Assembly (NCBI GenBank): GCA_003209425.1 | Contig: QCRB01000001.1 | Location: 44,026 to 108,025 of the forward strand | Reading direction: 5' to 3' | DNA: 64,000 nucleotides | Origin: Prochlorococcus sp. AG-459-E08 | GTDB lineage: Bacteria > Cyanobacteriota > Cyanobacteriia > PCC-6307 > Cyanobiaceae | In this document: piece by piece, positions 39,535 through 49,754 of the stretch | Position numbering within the stretch: the first letter of the stretch is position 1 | Layout: the number at the start of each line of letters is the position of its first letter | Program-made: the position numbers and the translations under genes | Notes under the pieces: model-generated | What the model was told of the DNA's origin: nothing | Database searches by the model: none | The model's input: only the letters and a program-made list of their open reading frames with translations

Positions 39535-39809
39535 ATAAAATTTAATGGGCTTAAAATTATTTAAAAAAATATAGGAATAAATTTAATATATATTTTTAAA
39601 ATAAAAATTAACTTAATAAAATGCCATTTATTTCTATAGTATTTGCTTTAGGGTAATAGGCTTTATCTTTAAGAGATTACCAGATTCCAAAAAATAAAAA
39701 ATACTCTAAGTATCAAAATCAAATAAAAAAGCCCTTAAAAAAATTTAGATAATTAACTATAAATAAATCGAAAGCTATACATAGTAATTGATAATTTAAA
39801 AAATTATAA

Positions 39810-41267
39810 CTAAACCTTCAATAATAACTTTGCGAAATAATCTAACATTAGTAATCCTTGTAATCCGCTTCTTTCTGGATGGAATTGGAATCCTAATATA
39901 TTTTCTTTTATTATTGAGGCAGTCCATTCTTTCTGATAATAATTAAAAGTATGCAGCCTATTATTAAAAGGCACAGCAGTTGCATTAAAGCTATGAACAA
40001 AATATTGCCTGGAATTAAAAATATCCGATTCAAAACTATCATTATTACTTTTAATAAAGTTCCATCCGACATGAGGAATTATCATTTTTTTATCTGAATG
40101 TATTTCTCCCATATACTTTACTTCACCTTTAATTAATCCCAATCCTGAATTAATTCCATCTTCATAACCTTTATCAAGCATCATTTGCATTCCAAGACAT
40201 ATTCCAATAATTGGCTTACCTGACTTAACACTTTCAATCAATAAACTATATATACCTTTCTCCTTTAGATTTTTAATACCTTGTGAGAAAGAACCTACTC
40301 CAGGAAGAAATATAAGATCTGCTTCTTTTATTTTTTTTATTGAAGAAGATATTTCCACTTTGTAATCAAGTTTTTCTAAAGAATTAAATAAACTTTGATG
40401 ATTGCCTAAACCATAATCAACTATCAAAAGATTCTTCTTTCTAAATAAATCATCAATATTTTTATTTATATTTTTTTTTGTTCCAAAATCAATTTCACTC
40501 TTAATAACTCTTATTAAATTAGAGTCATTTAAATTGATCTTATCTTTTAAGGTTTTGATTAATAATTTATTCTTATGAAATGCGGCGCCAATAGACACTC
40601 CTGAAATTTTTTGGTTTTTGATAGATCTACTTACTTCATTTTCATTCGCAAACCCTCCTCCTACAATAAGTGGGATTTTACAAATTTTTGAACTCATCTC
40701 TATTAAATCTTTATCAATACCTTTACATAAACCATCATTATCCACAGAGGTTAACAATATTTCCCCAACTCCTTGTTTTTGAAGTGCATTTATCCAATCA
40801 TTTACCGCTATCCCTGTTCTTTCTCTACCTGAAGCTTTCATTACCTCCCATCCTAAATTAGGATTCTTTTTAGCCTGAATTGATGCGACAATACATTGAC
40901 TTCCAAAGACTTTAACTAATCTATTAGCCAAACCTATATCTTCAACTAATCCTGTATTTACAGCAACTTTGTCAGCCCCATTAGAAATTAATGCTTTTGC
41001 ATCCTCGATTGATCTAATCCCACCTCCTGCAGTAATAGGCACAAATATCCTCTTAGAGGTCTCTGATAAAATTTCATAAAGGCTATTTCTTCCATATAGG
41101 CTTGCTACTGCATCTATATATAAAATCTCATCTACACCATCTAAGTAATATTTTTCTGCAAAATCTACAGCGTCACCTATTACTCTTAACCCCTCAAACC
41201 TTATACCCTTAATTAATTTCTTTCCTTTAATATCTAATCTGGCAATAATCCTTTTTGCTAATCCCAT
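39810..41267 (-). CDS. Fused HisF-like (WbuZ) and HisH-like (WbuY) glutamine amidotransferase module
   Basis: N-half has RIIARLDIKG, ASLYGR, GGGIRS and GEILLTSV; C-half has VDYGLGN, PGVGSF, GICLGMQ and FQFHPE. Probable start is the ATG at 41267. Confidence 0.9.
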   Translation of the reverse strand: MGLAKRIIARLDIKGKKLIKGIRFEGLRVIGDAVDFAEKYYLDGVDEILYIDAVASLYGRNSLYEILSETSKRIFVPITAGGGIRSIEDAKALISNGADKVAVNTGLVEDIGLANRLVKVFGSQCIVASIQAKKNPNLGWEVMKASGRERTGIAVNDWINALQKQGVGEILLTSVDNDGLCKGIDKDLIEMSSKICKIPLIVGGGFANENEVSRSIKNQKISGVSIGAAFHKNKLLIKTLKDKINLNDSNLIRVIKSEIDFGTKKNINKNIDDLFRKKNLLIVDYGLGNHQSLFNSLEKLDYKVEISSSIKKIKEADLIFLPGVGSFSQGIKNLKEKGIYSLLIESVKSGKPIIGICLGMQMMLDKGYEDGINSGLGLIKGEVKYMGEIHSDKKMIIPHVGWNFIKSNNDSFESDIFNSRQYFVHSFNATAVPFNNRLHTFNYYQKEWTASIIKENILGFQFHPERSGLQGLLMLDYFAKLLLKV

Positions 41268-41271
41268 TTGA

Positions 41272-42624
41272 TTAATTATTACCAACCCAATACTTAGCTG
41301 TATCTGATTGATCTCCTTTAATATTTGATATTTTATGTCTTAATTGCCATCCTTCTTTATCATCCCATTTCCAAAGGTGTGGAGATCTAAACTGATCGCA
41401 CAATAAATCATAGTAATTTCTATCAAAAATAGGGTTTTCAAAAAATTGACTTGCTTTTGGAAAATTTTCTTTATCTACTGTTAAGTAATCAAAGATTTGC
41501 TCACTCCATCTTAAAGGGAATTCCCCGTCATACTTATTGACTAATGCAACACCTTCCTCCCTTGTCAATTCTCCAGATCTTATCTCTTGTGCAGCATCAT
41601 ATGTTGCCCTACCAATACCAAATTTTATCCAAGTTGTATGGTAATGGAAATCATCAATTCGGTCATCTATAGAGTTGTAGGTACTATAAGTTCCAGCAGT
41701 TCTCTCAGGAGAGCTTTCAAATCCTCCATTTTCAACGCTGTAGTAATAAGCATTCTGTGGATGCCATTTTATATAATATCCCAAATAATGTACCTGAATA
41801 TTATTATCTAAGATTAAATCTGAACTAACAGGGAAATAAGGATCCAAATCCCCTTTTTTTAGACCCATCTCATAAAGTTCAGGTAAACTTGAACCTCCAA
41901 GAACTATTTCATCTTGATTATCAATTGTTAAATATTTTTTATCTCTAATTGCCTGGGACATATCACTAAGAGGGTTGCCATATTCCGCCTCATTCTCGCC
42001 ATAAAAAATTAGAGAAATACCATAATTTTTTGCTATTTTAGGGGCTAAGTTCTTTTGACCTAGTATAAATGGTTGAAAGGGGTGTAATAAGTTATCAACA
42101 GCTAATCTTGTTAAAAGTCTATGCACTCTACCATTAGGAGTAAAAAGAACATTATCAAACCCTGCATGAATCCAAGCTTGATGATTACTCCAACCCCAAT
42201 CTGTATAAATGTGAGGTGCCCAAGTACATGTAAGTGGGTTCATTCCATATTTATATTTTAATAAATGAGCTTGCATAAAACTATCTTTTCCGCCACTCCC
42301 AGGAACAAGACAATCATATGTTCCATCATTCTTTCTAAATTTTTCACAAAGTTCTTTTAATTCTTGTTCCCTTAGTTCCCAATTTATCATTGCTTTCTTT
42401 TCTTTTACCTTGCAGGCATCACAAATTAAATTCTCATCAAAATTAATAGTATTTTTTTTTGAACCTTTTTTATGTTTAAATTCAATACTGCTATTAGGCC
42501 TCTGATTACTTATTACACAAGATTTGCAGAACATAACTTTCTTTGGTAACCCAAACTTCGTTTGACCTTCATAATTATCTTTAAAAATTTCTTTATCTAT
42601 CTTTTTTGGGAATTTGATAAGCAT
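41272..42624 (-). CDS. N-acetyl sugar amidotransferase (WbuX/PseA/PtmG family)
   Basis: CKSCVISNQRP, CDAC, PP-loop SGGKDS and YGENEAEYG. Confidence 0.92.
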   Translation of the reverse strand: MLIKFPKKIDKEIFKDNYEGQTKFGLPKKVMFCKSCVISNQRPNSSIEFKHKKGSKKNTINFDENLICDACKVKEKKAMINWELREQELKELCEKFRKNDGTYDCLVPGSGGKDSFMQAHLLKYKYGMNPLTCTWAPHIYTDWGWSNHQAWIHAGFDNVLFTPNGRVHRLLTRLAVDNLLHPFQPFILGQKNLAPKIAKNYGISLIFYGENEAEYGNPLSDMSQAIRDKKYLTIDNQDEIVLGGSSLPELYEMGLKKGDLDPYFPVSSDLILDNNIQVHYLGYYIKWHPQNAYYYSVENGGFESSPERTAGTYSTYNSIDDRIDDFHYHTTWIKFGIGRATYDAAQEIRSGELTREEGVALVNKYDGEFPLRWSEQIFDYLTVDKENFPKASQFFENPIFDRNYYDLLCDQFRSPHLWKWDDKEGWQLRHKISNIKGDQSDTAKYWVGNN

Positions 42625-42874
42625 TTTTGATATCTAAATAAAAACTTATTTAATAGTGCTTTAGCCTATTAATTATTTCATATGTTGGTAATTTTATTCC
42701 AATTTGTAAACGTCTCAATGCGGCAATATGTTCTAGTATATTTAGAATGTATATCTTTTTAGGATTTAATTTAATTTAATCCTATTAGAAATGAAGGTGT
42801 TAAAACAAACGCATAAAAAAAGCAAGAATTTAAAATATTTTGTCTTTTCCCAAGAGCATAATTTTCTTATTTTA

Positions 42875-43996
42875 TTAAATATCATCCTCTAAGAACTGGA
42901 TAATTTGATCAGAAGGTGATTTTGATATATAGGATTTCTTAAATTCTTCTAAATTAAACTGATTTCCCTTTGGAAATTTAAATATTTGATCAATGGCATG
43001 TGAAATAGATGCATAATCATTTTTAACATCAATAACTTTCCCAAATCTGTATCTTCCCTTTTGACGATTTCCGATATTAATAACGCTTTTTTTTAACAAA
43101 GAAGCTTCATATATACCACTTGAAGAATTTCCAATAATACAATCAAAAAACAATAATGCGTTTAAATATAATATTTGACCTAAAGAGGGAACAAAGAAGT
43201 AATTATTCTTATTTTTCTCAACAAAACTTTGAATTTTATCCAAAATTATATCCGAACCTTTATCCGCATTTGGTGAGGTAAAAAGTATATTACACTTAAA
43301 ATTTAAAAGAGCCTTTAATAAATTATCTAAACCAGAAATCCCTAAATCATTAGACAGAGTTTCAGGATGATATGTAATTAAAAAGTTTTTTTCTTGAAAA
43401 TTAAATCCAGTTTTATCTTCAAATTGTTCTTTTGAAATTTTTTCAAAATTTAATAAGCCATCAATTACTAATGGGCCAATATCAAAAATATTTTTTTTGC
43501 TTAAAATCATATTTTGGACTTTTTGTTTATGAATATCTGCTGAAGTAAAATGTATTGAGCTTAACTGTGAAATTGCATTTCTTAATTTATCGTCAATAGC
43601 TCCTAATGTAGTTTCTCCTCCATGTAAGTGTATTATTTTTATTCCCAATAAATGGGCAGCCGAAGCCGCAGCAAAAGTTTCATATCTATCACCTAAAAGA
43701 ATCAAATACTTTGGTTTAATATTATTTAATGCTTTTGAAATTACCTTTATGGTATCAGCGGTCTGATATGGCATATCTAATTCACGTGGATTATTAAATT
43801 TAATTGGCAATTTATGTAAGAAAGTTACTCCATCATTCTCTATTTCCTTGATTGTCTTTCCATATCCATCATTTAAATGAGTCGCAGATACTAATAAATT
43901 AAAATCAAATTTATTATTGTCTATTAATTTGAGAATTAAAGTCCTCATCAATCCATACTCTGCTCTTGTTCCAGTAAATAAAGCAATTCTTTTCAT
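42875..43996 (-). CDS. neuC: Hydrolysing NDP-sugar 2-epimerase (NeuC/LegG)
   Basis: TGTRAEYG, LGDRYE, HLHGGE, GNSSSG and NIGNRQKGR. Confidence 0.93.
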   Translation of the reverse strand: MKRIALFTGTRAEYGLMRTLILKLIDNNKFDFNLLVSATHLNDGYGKTIKEIENDGVTFLHKLPIKFNNPRELDMPYQTADTIKVISKALNNIKPKYLILLGDRYETFAAASAAHLLGIKIIHLHGGETTLGAIDDKLRNAISQLSSIHFTSADIHKQKVQNMILSKKNIFDIGPLVIDGLLNFEKISKEQFEDKTGFNFQEKNFLITYHPETLSNDLGISGLDNLLKALLNFKCNILFTSPNADKGSDIILDKIQSFVEKNKNNYFFVPSLGQILYLNALLFFDCIIGNSSSGIYEASLLKKSVINIGNRQKGRYRFGKVIDVKNDYASISHAIDQIFKFPKGNQFNLEEFKKSYISKSPSDQIIQFLEDDI

Positions 43997-44006
43997 ATCT
44001 TCAATA

Positions 44007-45005
44007 TCAAAACTTAATTAAATCATCAATTTTGTAGTTTTTATTAGATTTTTTCCCTATAATTTCATCCCATCTCATAGGGCATATTCCAATAGCAGGT
44101 CTTTTTGTTGTTAAATTTTCTTCAGTAAAAAATTCACCCTTTTTTATATCCTTTTTTGCAACTATAGATTTTCTAACTATTTGCAAATTTTTTATTTCTG
44201 AATTAGCAATTTTTTTTTCATTTTTGCCTAATGCAACGGTTATATTCCTAATCCCCTTTACTAGGTTGTTAAATTCTTGAGGTTCTAAACTTGCTTTATG
44301 GTCAGGACCACTTAAATTCTTATCTAAAGTTATATGTTTTTCGATAATATCCGCACCTAGAGATACTGCTGCAAAGGCAACTTCAATTCCTAAAGTATGA
44401 TCCGAGTAACCTACTTGTACATTAAATTCTTTCTTTATTGTAGACATTGCTCTTAAATTAATATCTATAAAAGGAGCAGGATATTCTGAAGTACAATGCA
44501 AAATTGATATATCTTTTCTTGCAGTACCAGCCAAATATAATTCATTTAAAGCACTTCCTATCTCCTCTATATTTGCCATACCAGTTGATAATATAATCGA
44601 CTTACCAAAAGATCCAATTTTCCTCAAATAAGGTAAATTTGTTATCTCTCCAGAAGGAATTTTAAATCTTTTCAAATTCATTTTATTTATTAAATCTAAA
44701 CTTTCCAAATCAAATGCTGTAGAAAGAAATTCAATATTTTTGCGGATACAGTAATTTTTCAAATCTAATTGTTCTTCATATGTAAGTTCGAGTTTGCTCA
44801 ACATGTCAAGCTGAGAATCTTCATTATTAGTATTTATGCTTTGATATTCTGCTTTTTTAGTATCTTTTATTACTAGATTATTTGACTTAAATGATTGAAA
44901 TTTTACGATATCTGCTCCACAGTCTTTGGCTACATCAACCAACTCTTTAGCCAGCTCTATACTCCCGTTATGATTAACACCAGCTTCGGCAATAATTAAA
45001 ACCAA
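44007..45005 (-). CDS. neuB: Nonulosonic acid synthase (NeuB/LegI)
   Basis: IIAEAGVNHNG, KIPSGE, GYSDHT, IEKH, GPDH and a SAF domain. Confidence 0.95.
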   Translation of the reverse strand: MVLIIAEAGVNHNGSIELAKELVDVAKDCGADIVKFQSFKSNNLVIKDTKKAEYQSINTNNEDSQLDMLSKLELTYEEQLDLKNYCIRKNIEFLSTAFDLESLDLINKMNLKRFKIPSGEITNLPYLRKIGSFGKSIILSTGMANIEEIGSALNELYLAGTARKDISILHCTSEYPAPFIDINLRAMSTIKKEFNVQVGYSDHTLGIEVAFAAVSLGADIIEKHITLDKNLSGPDHKASLEPQEFNNLVKGIRNITVALGKNEKKIANSEIKNLQIVRKSIVAKKDIKKGEFFTEENLTTKRPAIGICPMRWDEIIGKKSNKNYKIDDLIKF

Positions 45006-45201
45006 TATAAAAATAGATATTTATTTAATATTAAACCTATTTGTCTTTATTTAATAATCTTTTTTATCTTGGTCATATATCTTGCAATGCCGTACACCAA
45101 CATAAGTGAACATATAGATTTCTCCTTAAGCCTTTTCTTTATTTATGATTAATGCATCATAAATAATTTCCAAGAAGAAATTTAATTTCCTCAGAAGAGG
45201 A

Positions 45202-45882
45202 TTAAGTTAAGTATTTTTGTCCAATTATTTCTGCGATATCCCAGTCAAATTCAGTATCTATATCTACTGAAGCATACGCGGGCATTTCAAATCCAATTGT
45301 ATTTTTACTGATGAATGATTGAGATGTTAACAATGCTGACACCTGAGAATAGTACATGGCACCATTCAATATGTAATATTTAGGTAAATCTTGTGATCTA
45401 ACATCAAGTGGATTAGGGTTCAGGATTGACCTCTCAAGGATTTTATTTCTCAAAGTAAATGTCCACAGTGGTGAATGTTGACATTCGCAAATACTAACTG
45501 CAGAGGTGGCGCAACTTTTTGTTATGTAGTTGTAAAAATTTTCTAAATGTTTCGATGTGCGTAATGGAGATGTTGGTTGAAGCAAAATAATCGATTGAGT
45601 ATCTTTGTAGTAACTAAGTGCATGTAAAGCCACATCAATACTTTTTGCCTTATCGCCTGATAATGCTTTCGGTCTCGTGAATGGGACGTCAGCACCCATG
45701 CTTGCTGCTATACTTTTGGTCTCCTCGCAATCTGTAGATACACATATATCGCTTGAGATACCGCTATTTATTGCTGCTTCTAACGTCCACTGGATAAGAG
45801 GCTTTCCATTAAAGAGTTTGATATTTTTTTTCGGAATGCGTTTGGAACCACCCCTAGCAGGAATCAGAATCAAATTCTTCAT
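45202..45882 (-). CDS. neuA: CMP-nonulosonic acid synthetase (NeuA/LegF)
   Basis: IPARGGSKRIPKKN, LQPTSPLR and SVDIDT. Confidence 0.93.
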   Translation of the reverse strand: MKNLILIPARGGSKRIPKKNIKLFNGKPLIQWTLEAAINSGISSDICVSTDCEETKSIAASMGADVPFTRPKALSGDKAKSIDVALHALSYYKDTQSIILLQPTSPLRTSKHLENFYNYITKSCATSAVSICECQHSPLWTFTLRNKILERSILNPNPLDVRSQDLPKYYILNGAMYYSQVSALLTSQSFISKNTIGFEMPAYASVDIDTEFDWDIAEIIGQKYLT

Positions 45883-46125
45883 GGTGAATGTTTGTCGATC
45901 TAATTAAAATTTAGGACTTTTTAAGTCTAAAGCTTGTGAAGTATTATCAGAATAAGGTAAAAGATTTACCTATCCATTTAATAAAAAAATTATTTTGTTA
46001 ATTTATTCTTAAAATTTAAACTAATTAATTTAAATGTAGTGTTCATTTTTAAAACTGAATTAATTTGAAAGTTTTCAGTAATCCTTAAATTATTGTAGAT
46101 TTTGTAGTTAATAATTTTTCTTTCG

Positions 46126-46854
46126 TCATTTTAAGATATTTACATTTTTCACATTTTTTCTAATAACAAATAACCATGCATTTAGATTAGTATTAGATTT
46201 TTTGCTTACTGAGTGTTCAATCGATATTTGAGATCCAAACCACATTGTTAAGACGTAAGGTAATACCGTTGGTTTAACTCCAAAAGGGTCCATTTCTCCT
46301 GCACTAGTTGGGCCATGATCCTCTGTGTGCTCAAGAATTAGTATACCTTCTGGTTTTAGCTGAGATAACCATGCTTTGAGTGCAGTTTTGGGCATGCATG
46401 ATTGATCTAATGAATTTGAGTATATAAAGTGGAAATTGCTAATCCAACTTTTCTGATTTTTATTAAAATCGAATTGAATTGAGTTCTTATAATTATTGGC
46501 AGTTTCAGAAATATCAGTTCCAATTACTTCTAATTTATCATTAAAGCTATTCAGTAAATTTTGTTCAAAACCATTCCTAGTTCCATGACATATGCCTTTG
46601 ATCTTTTTATTCTTTGGAAATTCTTGGTTTAAAATATTGAATACTCTTTTAAGAGTTTTTTTATCTGCAAAAACACTTTTTATTTTCCTTTTATTATGAA
46701 ATACCTGTATTTCTTTATACTCTTCATAGGATTTATATTCATGTAGATAAAAATCAACTAATGATGATTTCTTAACAACTGTAAGATTAAAAGGTTTGAG
46801 AATTCCTCGTATTAAATGTTTTAGTATTGATTTCAAAAATTTTTTTACTGACAT
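46126..46854 (-). CDS. Putative class I SAM-dependent methyltransferase-like protein
   Basis: CHGTRNG, GTDIS, IYSNSLD and LKPEG. Confidence 0.55.
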   Translation of the reverse strand: MSVKKFLKSILKHLIRGILKPFNLTVVKKSSLVDFYLHEYKSYEEYKEIQVFHNKRKIKSVFADKKTLKRVFNILNQEFPKNKKIKGICHGTRNGFEQNLLNSFNDKLEVIGTDISETANNYKNSIQFDFNKNQKSWISNFHFIYSNSLDQSCMPKTALKAWLSQLKPEGILILEHTEDHGPTSAGEMDPFGVKPTVLPYVLTMWFGSQISIEHSVSKKSNTNLNAWLFVIRKNVKNVNILK

Positions 46855-47159
46855 AGCAACAATATATGGTAATAATGTTAAATATATAGGGTTATTTCTT
46901 TGCAGATATTTTAATTTTCTTATTATTTAAATAAATTTTCGGGGAAAATGCAAAGGTTAATAAATTTAAGTAATTTATTACCATTGCTCCTTATAATTTT
47001 CCCAGATAATCATTTAAAAACTCTTTGTACATGAAATATAGATAAATTCACTGGCCCAAGACTATGTGTATGCTAATTCATGCCGTGCGGCAATCTCGTA
47101 AAAGCAGATACTAGTAATAGCAGGGCACATGCTATGTACGATATCTTTTAATTAATAAA

Positions 47160-47768
47160 TTACCTATGGATCGAGTTTGATGGCAAATCTTTCATTACTA
47201 TTTGACCTGCAGATACCAAAACATTATCTCCTATATTTACTCCCTCTTTAACAATACATCCACTACCAATGAAAGACTGGTTTCCTATCGTAACTCCCCC
47301 ATTTAGTATTACACCAGTTGAAATATGGCAGTGATTGCCAATTCTCACATCATGTTCAACTAAACAATTAGTATTTAATATGCAATTAATTCCAATCTTT
47401 GCATCACTATTGATAATTGTATTATGCATAGTTATTGTCCCTTCCCCTAATAAGGCTGTTCTTGAGACTAAAGAATTTTTTGATCTAACTGTTGCTAGCG
47501 TAATTTTATTATTTCTGAGTAAATCAAATAACAAAACTCTTTTACTGGCACTCTTTATTTGACCAACTGCAACTAATCCAAAATCATCATTATCAAAGCA
47601 ACTTGATATTGCTGCATCATTTCCAAGGATCTTGTAATTCATAAAGCTCTCTGAAAAATCTTTGTCATTGGTAATAATGCCTTTAATATGAAATTCATCT
47701 GAATTTTCAATAACATCTATACAAGATTTACAGTGACCGCCATTGCCTAACAAAATAATTGATTTCAT
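47160..47768 (-). CDS. Sugar acetyltransferase, NeuD/PglD family
   Basis: GNGGHCKS, hexapeptide repeats and EHD. Confidence 0.9.
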   Translation of the reverse strand: MKSIILLGNGGHCKSCIDVIENSDEFHIKGIITNDKDFSESFMNYKILGNDAAISSCFDNDDFGLVAVGQIKSASKRVLLFDLLRNNKITLATVRSKNSLVSRTALLGEGTITMHNTIINSDAKIGINCILNTNCLVEHDVRIGNHCHISTGVILNGGVTIGNQSFIGSGCIVKEGVNIGDNVLVSAGQIVMKDLPSNSIHR

Positions 47769-48922
47769 AGTAAAAAGGCGCTACTAGGTATATTAATTAT
47801 TCTTTTTGATAATGACTTTGATACGGGTAAAGGTGATCTTGGACAGTCACGATACATTTCCAATTCATGTATTAGATCCCAAGCAGGTCTTGTCATAATG
47901 TTATTTCTATTTGTATTTTCTAAAATTATTTCAAACTCATTCTCATAACCATTTTCAAGAATAATTGTTTGAAGCCAATAATTACTTTTTGAGTTTTCAG
48001 GTTCTTTAAATAACTTTATTCCTTCTATAGAATCTAAAACTTCACTATATTTGTCAAAAAGATCTCTTTTTGACTTTAAGAACTTTTCTATTTTTTCAAA
48101 TTGAGCACATCCTAAAGCGGCATTTATATTGGGCAATCGATAGTTGAACCCTATTTCATTGTGAATGTATCGCCATTTATGAGGCACCTTAGCTGTAGTA
48201 GAAATATGTTTTGCTTTTTTAGCGAAAGAACTATCATCAGTTAGTAATGCGCCTCCGCCGCCAGTAGTAATAATTTTATTTCCGTTAAAACTTAATATGC
48301 CTATCTCTCCAAATGTTCCAGTATGTTTTTTGTTGTAAAAACTCCCTAGAGATTCAGCTGCATCTTCTACGAGATTTAAATTGTATTCTTTTGATATTTT
48401 TAGTAATTGGTCTATTTTAGCTGGATGACCATAAGTATGCATTGGAATGATTGCCGAAATTAGTCTTCCTGTTTTTTTATTAAAGGTTTTATTACCCTTT
48501 TTAATTGATATTTCGTCTAACCAATTAGATAATGCTAATGGATCAATTCCAAGAGTTTTCTCTTCACAATCAACGAAATGAGGCTTAGCTCCGAGATAAC
48601 TAATTGCATTAACAGTTCCAACGAAAGTAAGAGATGGGCAAATAACTTCATGATTTTTATCAACACCAACTAATTTGAGAGCAAGATGTAAGGCTGAGGT
48701 ACCATTTACAACTGCGATAGCGTATTTTGCTCCTGTAAAATCAGAAATATTTTTTTCAAAGATATTTACATACTCACCAACAGTTGAGACATAGGAAGAA
48801 TTAATACATTTCTGCAAATTTTTGATTTCAACTTCGTTAAACCTAGGTTCATGCAATGGCAAGTTATTTTTTCCTGCTACTGTCCTTATACCATTAATTA
48901 TCTTATTGCTTAGATTACTCAT
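47765..48922 (-). CDS. legC: LegC-family aminotransferase
   Basis: PLHEP, VNGTSALH, EDAAESLG, SFNGNKIITTGGGG and GFNYRLPNINAALG. Confidence 0.9.
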   Translation of the reverse strand: MSNLSNKIINGIRTVAGKNNLPLHEPRFNEVEIKNLQKCINSSYVSTVGEYVNIFEKNISDFTGAKYAIAVVNGTSALHLALKLVGVDKNHEVICPSLTFVGTVNAISYLGAKPHFVDCEEKTLGIDPLALSNWLDEISIKKGNKTFNKKTGRLISAIIPMHTYGHPAKIDQLLKISKEYNLNLVEDAAESLGSFYNKKHTGTFGEIGILSFNGNKIITTGGGGALLTDDSSFAKKAKHISTTAKVPHKWRYIHNEIGFNYRLPNINAALGCAQFEKIEKFLKSKRDLFDKYSEVLDSIEGIKLFKEPENSKSNYWLQTIILENGYENEFEIILENTNRNNIMTRPAWDLIHELEMYRDCPRSPLPVSKSLSKRIINIPSSAFLL

Positions 48923-49179
48923 AAATTATTAAAAACAGAGTTACTTTATCAAGAGTATATTAGTAAAAATTATAACGATGTATCAATCCTAAAATACATA
49001 ATAATTTCAATGTTTCTTTAAAATCTTAGAAGATTAATATCCATGAAAAAAAATTAGATAACCTATTTTCCAACCTATATAATGCATAATCTTTAGTTTT
49101 CAAATTAAGTATTTTCAAATATAAAACATACTTCATAAGATAATAAAATTAAATAATTTTAAAATTAATTATTTGTTAT

Positions 49180-49617
49180 ATGAAAGATTCCAAGCGAATA
49201 CTAATAATTGGATTTGGTAGTATCGCTAGAAAACACACAAGAATTTTAAAGCAAAATTGGCCAGATTTATCTATATATGAAAATACTAATATGAATAATC
49301 CCGCTGCTTATTCAGTAAGCAAAGCAGGTCTTTTGCAACTAACAAGATGGATGTCAACAGTTTTAATACCAAAAATAAGAGTAAATTCAATTTCTCCAGG
49401 TGGTATTTTCAGACACCAAACTGAAGAATTTGTAAGACGCTATGTTGAAAAAACTCCCTTAAAAAGGATGGGTTCAGAGAGTGATATTGTAGGTGCAGCT
49501 ATTTATCTTTCAACAAATTTATCATCCTGGGTTACTGGGCAGAATATAATTGTTGATGGGGGGTTTGGTAAAATTTCAAAATTATTTTTATTTCTGATAA
49601 TTAATTTTATTAAATAA
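49180..49617 (+). pseudogene. Chimeric remnant: Gfo/Idh/MocA (PtmF-like) N-terminus fused in frame to SDR (PtmA-like) C-terminus
   Basis: ILIIGFGSIARKH is followed directly by SIYENTNMNNPAAYSVSKAG...RVNSISPGG...TGQNIIVDGG. Confidence 0.82.
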
Positions 49618-49754
49618 AGTTTTTAGATTAAACAATTAGAAATCTGATTAGCTTAGTCGAAAAAATTTCTATGCAATGTACTAAAAACTTGCAAAATGAT
49701 AATATTAATGAAGTTAAAAAGATAAATTAATTAAGAATATTTTAGAAACTATTT

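Noticed and set aside
39810-41267. Annotation as histidine biosynthesis hisF/hisH
   Set aside because: The gene is adjacent to wbuX, no other his genes are present, and a catalytic position is altered.
45141-45164. Small palindrome ATTTATGAT-N6-ATCATAAAT between neuA and neuB
   Set aside because: A weak AT-only stem; not supportable as a terminator or binding site.
47040-47140. GC-richer intergenic patch between the methyltransferase-like gene and the acetyltransferase
   Set aside because: Hand translation and folding showed no recognisable protein remnant or RNA structure.
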